DNA from: Methanobacteriota archaeon
GTDB lineage: Archaea; Thermoplasmatota; Thermoplasmata; SG8-5; DAIRED01
Assembly (NCBI GenBank): GCA_043799545.1
Contig: JAZDNO010000006.1
Location: forward strand, 1-64,000
Reading direction: 5' to 3'
Length of the DNA: 64,000 bases
The notes below the pieces were generated by a model. That model did not search any database, was not told the DNA's origin, and saw nothing but the letters and a program-made list of their open reading frames with translations. Position 1 is the first letter of the stretch. Each line of letters opens with the position of its first letter. The position numbers and the translations under genes were made by a program. This document shows, one piece after another, positions 56,580-64,000 of the stretch.

Positions 56580-58268
56580 ATGAAGGACGTAAAAGAGCGG
56601 ATAGAAGGCTCCTTTCGATTGATAGCCTTCAGACGCATGAAGAGACGCATCTTTCTGTTGGAAGTCGTGATGCTGCTGATTCTAGCATTCGGGCTCATGG
56701 CAATCATGGGGGCGTCCCTGAACCCGTTCTACATGCCGATGGACTACTTTCTTTTGATGATTTTCGTGCTCCTGATGCTGCTCGTTCCGGAGACGCAGTA
56801 TCTCGGGCTTCTGGAGATTGCCCAGACGAAGAGCAAGAGCGGCAAGTATCTCATGGCCAGGAACAACGTCAGGAACGCCACGGTCGTGATAGTGCTGTGC
56901 GTCATGTTCGTGGTAATGTTCGCGCTGCCCCCGTCGGTCAAGGCCATGGAGAGCGGATACACGGTAAGCGAGACCGTATACGTGAACCCGGGAGACGAAG
57001 CGGTGTTCAATTACACCACGAGGGACTCGATGGGCACCAGGACGGTGATGGACGTAAGGGTTTATGTGGCGGACGCCGTGGGCGGCGACCTGTCGATATA
57101 CCTGCTGCGAGCCGAGGATTACGAAGCTGGCGAGCTCGCCAACCGGGCCAACTACGACTTCTCATGGCACGAAGGCGATACGCTCGTCTACTCGTCAGGG
57201 CAGTGGCACAAGGGTTTCGAGCAATTCGTCATTCAAGCGAACGGCACGAGCCCGGCGGCCAGCGGGAGGATAGAGATAGGGATTACCTACGAATTCTCAG
57301 AGGCCGTGACGAAATACATGCCCCTCCTCGGAATCATTTTCATAGTCGTCGAGGGCCTGACAGTTTCATATTTCCTGCCGATACGGGAGAAGTACGCCTC
57401 CAGCTCGATATTCAGCAAGGACTATGTCGAATCCAAGGACTCCGGCGCTGAAAGGCTGAGCGAGCGCGCGGCGGCCTTGGACAAGGCGCTCAGCGAGGAC
57501 GAGATTGCCAAGGAGGCTGAGCTTTCGGAGACTGCCGTTCCGATGGAGATGCCCGTCGCTGCCGTCGAGGTCAAACTGGGCCAGGCCAGGAAGAAGGGCG
57601 TTCTCGAAGTGGCTGGGGCCGAGGCGAAGGATGTCGCTTGCTCGACGTGCGGCTCGATGAACAGCCCCGACTCTTCGCTGTGCTTTTCGTGCGGAAACGC
57701 GATAGAGGTCAAGCCAACGGTCACGGTTGGACCGGAAGAGCTCATGGAAAAGGGCAGGTCTTTCCTCTCCCGGGGGCGAAACCAGGATGCGATATGGTGC
57801 TTCGACGAGGTGCTAAAGGGGGACCACAAGAACGAGCCCGCCCTGTTCATGAAGGCCAAGGCGCTCGTCGGCGACGGGCGCAGGGAGCTGGCAATCCAAT
57901 ATCTGAACACAGTCATCCAGCTCAACCCCGTCAATCAGGAGGCCCACCTCATGCGCGGGGCGATATTCGAGGGCCTGGAGATGTACGACAAAGCCACGGA
58001 CAGCTATGAGAAAGCGCTGGGCATAGGCCCGAGCGAACTGGCGGCGGCCAAGCTGAAGGAAATGATGGAAGGCGACCGCGAAGACGTCATCAATCAGTTC
58101 ATGACCCTGCCGGGAATAGGCCCCGCGAAGGCCAGCGCACTATTCGATGCGGGGCTCACCAGCGTGGAAGCCCTCAAGGGCGCGAGCCTGGAGAAGCTCT
58201 GCACAATCAAGGGGATAAGCGAGCGCATAGCGAAGAAGCTTCTCAAGGACATGGGCCGCGAAATCTAG
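56580..58268 (+). CDS. Membrane protein with zinc ribbon, TPR and tandem helix-hairpin-helix domains
   Basis: About 4 TM, CSTC..CFSC, TPR-like helices, LPGIGP and IKGISE HhH motifs. Confidence 0.8.
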   Translation: MKDVKERIEGSFRLIAFRRMKRRIFLLEVVMLLILAFGLMAIMGASLNPFYMPMDYFLLMIFVLLMLLVPETQYLGLLEIAQTKSKSGKYLMARNNVRNATVVIVLCVMFVVMFALPPSVKAMESGYTVSETVYVNPGDEAVFNYTTRDSMGTRTVMDVRVYVADAVGGDLSIYLLRAEDYEAGELANRANYDFSWHEGDTLVYSSGQWHKGFEQFVIQANGTSPAASGRIEIGITYEFSEAVTKYMPLLGIIFIVVEGLTVSYFLPIREKYASSSIFSKDYVESKDSGAERLSERAAALDKALSEDEIAKEAELSETAVPMEMPVAAVEVKLGQARKKGVLEVAGAEAKDVACSTCGSMNSPDSSLCFSCGNAIEVKPTVTVGPEELMEKGRSFLSRGRNQDAIWCFDEVLKGDHKNEPALFMKAKALVGDGRRELAIQYLNTVIQLNPVNQEAHLMRGAIFEGLEMYDKATDSYEKALGIGPSELAAAKLKEMMEGDREDVINQFMTLPGIGPAKASALFDAGLTSVEALKGASLEKLCTIKGISERIAKKLLKDMGREI

Positions 58269-58278
58269 GGGGGCTGGC

Positions 58279-59112
58279 TCAACCGACTGCGCAGCAAACC
58301 GACCGCCTTCCGATGTTCATACCCGACTTCTTCCATGCCTCCATGGACTTTCTAGAAGGATTGACGATGCCCGAGATGCCGAGCTCCATCGCCGCCAGCT
58401 CGAATTCCACCCATCCCCTCGGCCTCATGCAACCGAGGATGACTGACGCATCGGGGAGCGTGGCCCGCGCGGCTCCGATGATGTCGAGGGCTCGGACCGG
58501 GTCGACTGCTCGGTCCTCGAATGCGGTTCCTTTGGTGGGAACGAGGATGTTGAGGACCAGCCTTTCGGTTTTGTATTCATTCAATCTTGCCAGCGCCGCC
58601 AGTTCGCCGCTGTCGGATCCGCCCCTCAGTCCAATGGTCAGGTGCGGCACGACCCTCAGGCCAGTGCCGAGAAGGATTTTGTAAGACTTCCAGTAATCGT
58701 CCACCCGCTTGTCGAGGCCGAAAACCTCCCGAACGGTCTCGTCGCTCCCGAGGACATCGACCGACACGACGCCGGGTTTTACAGCGGCAAGGCCTTTGGC
58801 AAACCCATGGTCGCACAAACCGACGTGGAGGTTTGTCTTCAAGGCCAGCTCGCGTCCGATTCGCTCGACGACCGGGAGAAAAGGACCGAGAGGAACTCTT
58901 CCTTCCACGTCACATCCCCCGCTGACCAGGAGGCCCGTTCCCCCCCGCTCCGCCAGTCGGCGGGCGAACTGCCAAAGCGTCTCCGGGTCGGTAGTTGGGG
59001 ACATGCCCGAGAGGTACTTGCCCGAGCAGTGGGCGCAGTCAAGGCCACATTCCGGGCCAGTGACCGAAACGGCAGGAAAGTTATTGCCTGGTTCGTAGAC
59101 TGTGAGGGCCAT
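58279..59112 (-). CDS. Biotin synthase-related radical SAM protein
   Basis: CGLDCAHC, LVSGG, VVPHL.IGL, LGCMRP. Confidence 0.85.
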   Translation of the reverse strand: MALTVYEPGNNFPAVSVTGPECGLDCAHCSGKYLSGMSPTTDPETLWQFARRLAERGGTGLLVSGGCDVEGRVPLGPFLPVVERIGRELALKTNLHVGLCDHGFAKGLAAVKPGVVSVDVLGSDETVREVFGLDKRVDDYWKSYKILLGTGLRVVPHLTIGLRGGSDSGELAALARLNEYKTERLVLNILVPTKGTAFEDRAVDPVRALDIIGAARATLPDASVILGCMRPRGWVEFELAAMELGISGIVNPSRKSMEAWKKSGMNIGRRSVCCAVG

Positions 59113-59195
59113 CGAACACGCAATCCGGTCTGCCTATATCAAACCCGCCGCGAAGGATTATATCCCACCCCGGCGATTTTGGCTCGGTGGAAACG

Positions 59196-60158
59196 ATGAA
59201 GGCCATGATATCCGACCTGAAGCCTGGCAGCAGGGTTGGGAGCTACTTCTCAGTGAAGTTAAAGAAAGCGCCGAGGGAATACAAGTACGGCTGGATGTTC
59301 GAGCTCCGCGTCGCGGACTCGAGCGGGGAAATCGCGGCCAAGTACTGGGGTCCACCGAGCCAGGCCGAAGTCCAGAAGGCGTTCGACTCGTTCGCTTCCG
59401 GGGACGTGGTCAGGGTCACCGGAGAGGCGAGAGAGTTCGGGCAGGGAATGGAGATAGGGATAAACCCGAAGAACGGCGACAGCATCACGAGAATGCCGGA
59501 AGGGGAATACGACCTCGAAGACCTAGTCGGAAAGAGCCCAGTTGACCGGAAGGTGATGGTTGAGGAACTGGCGGTCATCGCAGCTTCAGTGAGGGACAAG
59601 CACCTTTCCGCCCTTCTGGACCGATTCTTCGGAAAGGAAGGAATACTGGACTCTTTCTCTTCGGCCCCAGCGTCGATGCAGATGCACTCCAACTACGCCG
59701 GCGGGCTCTTGGAGCACAGCATCAAGGTGGCGCGCATATGCGATGCGATGGCGGGGCAGTATCCCGCGGTCGACAGGGACCTTCTTGTTGCCGGGGCCTT
59801 GCTCCATGACATAGGGAAGGTGCGGGAGATGGAGATTGGAACGAGCATCGAGGTGTCGGACGAGGGGATGTTCCGCGGTCACGTCGTGATAGGCGACGAA
59901 ATGGTAGGGGAAGCGGTGGCGCTTGTCCCGGGATTTCCAAAAATGCTCGGGTTGAAGCTGAGCCACATGATGCTCTCGCACCACGGGAAAAAGGAATGGG
60001 GCTCGCCGAAAGAGCCTCAGACAGCGGAGGCTCTGCTGCTCCACTTCGGCGATATGGCCGATTCCCAGGTGTTCCAGTACCTCCGAGCCAGGGCGGAGGC
60101 GAAAACGGACGACGACTGGGCATGGGACCGGCGCCTGGGGCATATCTATCTGAAATGA
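59196..60158 (+). CDS. OB-fold/HD-domain 3'-5' exonuclease, YhaM/Cbf1-like
   Basis: PAS..MH.NY.GGLLEHS, ALLHDIGK, GH, LSHHG..EWGSP. Confidence 0.88.
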   Translation: MKAMISDLKPGSRVGSYFSVKLKKAPREYKYGWMFELRVADSSGEIAAKYWGPPSQAEVQKAFDSFASGDVVRVTGEAREFGQGMEIGINPKNGDSITRMPEGEYDLEDLVGKSPVDRKVMVEELAVIAASVRDKHLSALLDRFFGKEGILDSFSSAPASMQMHSNYAGGLLEHSIKVARICDAMAGQYPAVDRDLLVAGALLHDIGKVREMEIGTSIEVSDEGMFRGHVVIGDEMVGEAVALVPGFPKMLGLKLSHMMLSHHGKKEWGSPKEPQTAEALLLHFGDMADSQVFQYLRARAEAKTDDDWAWDRRLGHIYLK

Positions 60159-60216
60159 ACCCCCGATACGCTTTTAAACCCCATCGCTTTACAGAGAGAT
60201 GCCAAGAGGTTGTACG

Positions 60217-60441
60217 ATGAAGGCGTTCAAAGTCACAGGCACGTTCCGGAACAGGCCAGGCATGCAGAAGTTCTCAAAGGAAGTCGCCGCCAAGGGAAAG
60301 GACGAAGCGGTCGAGGCGATTATCTCCGTTATTGGCAGCAAGCACAGGGCCAAGCGGAGGGAGATACTCATCGAGAGCGTTTCAGAGATGAAGAATGACG
60401 ACATCACCGACCAGGTCGTGCTTCACAGGATGCAGTCGTGA
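60217..60441 (+). CDS. rpl18a: 50S ribosomal protein L18Ae/LX
   Basis: F.VTG.F, FSKEV, S.IGSKH..KR..I.I. Confidence 0.9.
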   Translation: MKAFKVTGTFRNRPGMQKFSKEVAAKGKDEAVEAIISVIGSKHRAKRREILIESVSEMKNDDITDQVVLHRMQS

Positions 60442-60445
60442 GACC

Positions 60446-60868
60446 ATGGAACAGGCTGAACTAGAGGACAAGCTGGCGCTTCTCGAACAGTACAAGACGC
60501 TTCTCGAGCGGCTGGCCAAACAGGACGAGGGATTGCGGGCCGAACTTGAGGAGCACATGCGCGCCCGAGACACCCTTCAGCGCCTCGACCAGATGAAGAA
60601 GGGCGAGGAACTCCTGGTCCCCATCGGCGCAAACTGCTTCGTATACGCGAGCGTGAAGAATGCCAGGAAGGTCATCAACTCGGTGGGCTCGGGCGTCGCG
60701 GTCGAGGACACGGTCAAGAAGGCCATCGAGCGCCTGGACGATGCGGTAAAGCAGCTCAACGAGGCAGGGCAGAAACTAGCCGAGAGGGTGCAGGAGATGG
60801 ACGGCAAGGCGCGGGAGCTCGCGGCAGAGGTCGACCAGGCATACCAGCAGATGACCCACAAGCACTAG
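60446..60868 (+). CDS. pfdA: Prefoldin alpha subunit
   Basis: ELLVPIGA..FV, V.SVGSGV.VE; coiled-coil flanks. Confidence 0.92.
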   Translation: MEQAELEDKLALLEQYKTLLERLAKQDEGLRAELEEHMRARDTLQRLDQMKKGEELLVPIGANCFVYASVKNARKVINSVGSGVAVEDTVKKAIERLDDAVKQLNEAGQKLAERVQEMDGKARELAAEVDQAYQQMTHKH

Positions 60869-60876
60869 GGGTCCCA

Positions 60877-61803
60877 ATGTTCAATTTTCTCAAAGAGAAG
60901 CTCGGGCTGATAAAAAACGAGGCTTCTGCGGACAAAGATCTCATAGTCGAGCAGGGCGGCTTTTGGTCTATCAAGGAGTCGAAACTCGAGGATGTCCTGT
61001 GGGCGCTGGAAGTATCGCTGATGGAGGCCGACGTAGCCGTCGAGGTGATAGCCGAGATAAAGGACAGCCTCAAGAAGGAGCTGGTGGGAAAGAAGCTGGC
61101 ATGGGGGGCGAACATCGGGGAGGCGGTCGAGGGCGCGCTTCGCAAGAGCGTCACGTCGCTGCTGTCCCGGCAAAGCTTCGATTTCGATCAGTTCGTCGCC
61201 GGGCACGCCCGGCCAGTCGTGGTGATGTTCGTCGGGGTGAACGGGACGGGCAAAACGACGGCCATCGCGAAGGTGGCCAATCGGCTGAAATCTCAGAAGA
61301 TGGGATGCGTTTTGGCCGCCGGTGACACGTTCCGCGCCGGGGCGATAGAGCAGCTCTCGCTCCACGCCGACAAGCTAGGGGTCAAGGTAATCAAGCACTT
61401 GGCCGGCAGCGACCCGGCTGCGGTGGCCTACGACGCCATAGAGCACGCCCGCGCCAGGAACAAGGACATCGTTTTGATTGATACGGCGGGCAGGATGCAG
61501 ACGAACGCGAACCTGATGGACGAGCTGAAGAAGGTCAAGCGCGTGGCCGAGCCCCATCTCGTAATATTCGTAGGAGACTCTCTCGCGGGAAACGACGCCA
61601 TAGAGCAGGCGAAGGCGTTCGATGCGGCGGTGGGAATAAACGCGGTCATACTCACGAAAATCGACGCGGACTCCAAAGGCGGCGCCGCGCTGAGCATCGC
61701 GCACGCCATCAGGAAGCCCATCGCGTTCGTCTCCACGGGCCAGGAATACGACCAGTTCCAGAAGTTCGACGCGGAGTGGATGGCGAAGAGGATATTCGAG
61801 TGA
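60877..61803 (+). CDS. ftsY: SRP receptor FtsY
   Basis: GVNGTGKTT, GDTFRAGA.EQL, DTAGR, TKIDADSKGG, TGQEY. Confidence 0.97.
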   Translation: MFNFLKEKLGLIKNEASADKDLIVEQGGFWSIKESKLEDVLWALEVSLMEADVAVEVIAEIKDSLKKELVGKKLAWGANIGEAVEGALRKSVTSLLSRQSFDFDQFVAGHARPVVVMFVGVNGTGKTTAIAKVANRLKSQKMGCVLAAGDTFRAGAIEQLSLHADKLGVKVIKHLAGSDPAAVAYDAIEHARARNKDIVLIDTAGRMQTNANLMDELKKVKRVAEPHLVIFVGDSLAGNDAIEQAKAFDAAVGINAVILTKIDADSKGGAALSIAHAIRKPIAFVSTGQEYDQFQKFDAEWMAKRIFE

Positions 61804-61806
61804 TAC

Positions 61807-63999
61807 TTATTTCTTAGTGGCTTTTATCCTAGCGCAAACTGGACACCAGGTTCCATTATTTTTAATACTGCTTGGTCTTGCTTCCCAAGTATGTCCTTTA
61901 TTGCACATCCATTTTATCTTAGTATTATTGTTCAGATATTTGTCTGAAACACATCGCCCTCCTCGTTTTTGTGCAATTTCTTTCATTAACTCTATGTTTA
62001 ACCTTTGGGATGCTCCTTTCTTCGATTGTGCACATATAGGGCACCATTGCCCCCTTTGAATATGACCTGGTGTATTCTCCCATTCATGACCGAAACCACA
62101 GCGCCATTTTAACTTTGTTTTAGAATTAACATATCGTTTGGATAGACACATACCTCCGCAATTCTCTGCAATTCGTTGCATATGGTCTATTGTTTTGCCA
62201 CGGCCAACACAAAAAGGGCACCAGTGGCCTTGCCTAACTGTTGATGGTCGAGCTAAGAATATATGCCCTTCTTTACATCTCCATTTCAATTTAGTTGATG
62301 AATTAAAATATTTTGGTGATATGCATTTTCCACCTTTCAATATTGCTAATTTCTCCATATCTTCAATCGACGGCCGTTGTGCATCAATTACCTTTTTGCG
62401 ACTACAAATGTGACACCAATGGCCTTTTGCTATTGATGTAGGTACTGCCAACCATTCATGGCCTTCACTACATTTCCATTTCAATTTAGTTGAAGAATTG
62501 ATATATGCCTGAGATTGACAAATTCCATTCTTCACCGAAGCCAATTTATTCATATCTTCTATTGTTTTTCCATAGCCAACGCAATAGGGGCACCAATGAC
62601 CCATGAAAATGCTTGCCGGGGGGGCCTCCCAAATGTGCCCATCTTTGCATTTCCATTTTAATTTGACATTACTTTTAATATATTTTTCCGAGAGACAATC
62701 TCCTCCTTTATTTTTCGCATATTCTCTCATATCTTCTATTGTTTTATGGCGTCCGACACAATAAGGGCACCAGCTCCGTCGCTTCACGTGAATTGGCATG
62801 GCTGACCAAATATGGCCCTCTTTACATTTCCAATCTAATGCAGTATGGCTGTTTATATATACTTTTGAAAGGCAGGTCCCACCCCTTTCGCTCGCTATTT
62901 GTCTCATTTCATTTATCTTGTTTGGCTTATAAATATTGAAAGATTTGTAATTATAAATATCTAAATTGTTAATGGTAAATTTCAAGTCTCTATTTTTGCA
63001 CTGGTTGATGATAAATTCCGCCATTTTATCGAATTCAATATCGTATGGTACTTCTATTAAAGCGATGTTATGTTTCACACATAACTCTCTTTTTACTTGG
63101 TCCCTCATCTGCCTTTCTATTAACGATTCCTTCTGATCAAAAAACTTCTTAGTTTTATAATGTTGCACTCCAGAATATTCAAAAGCTATGCCTAGTTCTT
63201 TGCAGTAACCATCTAATTCCATTTTATTGCCCGTCTTTGGATTTATCAACCAGGATGGTTTTATCCTTGGAAACTCCTTTTTGAAAAGTCGTTGAAAGAT
63301 CTCTCGACATATTTTCTCGCTCACGCCAGTTTTACATACTGGACACCATTGTCCTTTTTTAATATTACTAACTATATTTACCCACGAGTGCCCCTCGCTA
63401 CATTGCCATTTTAAAGGAGTTCGATTACTGGAATATTTGCTGGATAGTAATAGTCCACCTCTTGCTTTGGCAAGGTCTTGAATATCCTTAATGCGTAATC
63501 TTTGTCTGTCGGTATTGCGTTCTATAGCGCAAGTAGGACACCATTGACCACGTTTTACACTATGTGGCGCCATATAAAACGTATGTCCTTTTTTACAACG
63601 CCATAATAACTTTAAAAAGGCATCACCACATTTTTTTGATAGGCAAGTACCACTCCGTTCGGCAGCAATTGTACGAAGATCTATTATATCGGTTCGGGCT
63701 TTGCCAGCACAACGTGGACACCAAGAACCTTGGTCCTTCACACTATTGACACTGGCACTCCACTCGTGCCCTTTTGAACACTTCCACTTATATCTATTTC
63801 CACTGCGTGTATAAACTAAAGATAAAAACTCTCCACCTCTGTCTTTAGCTAATTTCTGAATATCCTCAATTTTTAACCTACTTCGATTTGCATTGTTTAT
63901 GTTACGACATATAGGACACCAGTGACCTTGAACTAATGAGCTCGGAACAGCTGACCACTCATGACCACATTTGCATTGCCACTTCAATTTTGAATGCAT
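61807..63999 (-). CDS. Zinc-ribbon-repeat protein with central PD-(D/E)xK/Vsr-like endonuclease domain; AT-rich; probably 5'-truncated by the window
   Basis: 10 repeats of W.C..GH.(W/F)...WC..C flanking ELDGY..LGIAFEYSG.QHY...D..KR..C...I.LIEVPY. Confidence 0.82.
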   Translation of the reverse strand: MHSKLKWQCKCGHEWSAVPSSLVQGHWCPICRNINNANRSRLKIEDIQKLAKDRGGEFLSLVYTRSGNRYKWKCSKGHEWSASVNSVKDQGSWCPRCAGKARTDIIDLRTIAAERSGTCLSKKCGDAFLKLLWRCKKGHTFYMAPHSVKRGQWCPTCAIERNTDRQRLRIKDIQDLAKARGGLLLSSKYSSNRTPLKWQCSEGHSWVNIVSNIKKGQWCPVCKTGVSEKICREIFQRLFKKEFPRIKPSWLINPKTGNKMELDGYCKELGIAFEYSGVQHYKTKKFFDQKESLIERQMRDQVKRELCVKHNIALIEVPYDIEFDKMAEFIINQCKNRDLKFTINNLDIYNYKSFNIYKPNKINEMRQIASERGGTCLSKVYINSHTALDWKCKEGHIWSAMPIHVKRRSWCPYCVGRHKTIEDMREYAKNKGGDCLSEKYIKSNVKLKWKCKDGHIWEAPPASIFMGHWCPYCVGYGKTIEDMNKLASVKNGICQSQAYINSSTKLKWKCSEGHEWLAVPTSIAKGHWCHICSRKKVIDAQRPSIEDMEKLAILKGGKCISPKYFNSSTKLKWRCKEGHIFLARPSTVRQGHWCPFCVGRGKTIDHMQRIAENCGGMCLSKRYVNSKTKLKWRCGFGHEWENTPGHIQRGQWCPICAQSKKGASQRLNIELMKEIAQKRGGRCVSDKYLNNNTKIKWMCNKGHTWEARPSSIKNNGTWCPVCARIKATKK

Positions 64000-64000
64000 A

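Noticed and set aside
1-64000. CRISPR array, rRNA, transposase, inteins, Sec/Pyl readthrough
   Set aside because: No regularly spaced repeat-spacer array, no rRNA-like tract, no transposase motifs; Cdc6, IF2 and PriL have normal lengths; no in-frame stop splits a conserved domain

Overview
High-GC archaeal chromosome segment, most consistent with Thermoplasmatota (inferred from gene content and style). It opens with an ORB-type replication origin and cdc6/orc1. Housekeeping content: MtaB-like tRNA methylthiotransferase, riboflavin kinase, infB-rps6e-eIF2gamma-PIN, split fumarase, pdaD, priL, AK6, TldD/PmbA, EndoQ, rpl7ae-rps28e-rpl24e-ndk, YhaM, rpl18a-pfdA-ftsY and three tRNAs (Tyr with intron, Ser, Pro). 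Larger blocks: a tungsten/molybdopterin aldehyde:ferredoxin oxidoreductase operon, a surface-glycan locus with the full four-gene GDP-heptose pathway, and a type IV pilus-like system split into two parts. Two visibly AT-richer nuclease genes (GIY-YIG; zinc-ribbon-repeat endonuclease) look horizontally acquired. Main observations outside the ORF track: (1) a free-standing three-hairpin H/ACA guide RNA at 22816-23023 with K-turns, ACA boxes and plausible 23S rRNA targets; (2) each of the three tRNAs is followed 89-112 bp downstream by a copy of its own 3' end, twice as part of a long palindrome; (3) rpl7ae is broken by a -1 frameshift exactly at a canonical G_GGA_AAA slippery heptamer, and cdc6 has an out-of-frame ATG, both at A4 runs; (4) a single ~35 kb inversion would rejoin both the ribosomal superoperon and the pilus locus. 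No CRISPR array, rRNA, integrase or transposase was seen. All product calls come from motif recognition by eye, not database searches.
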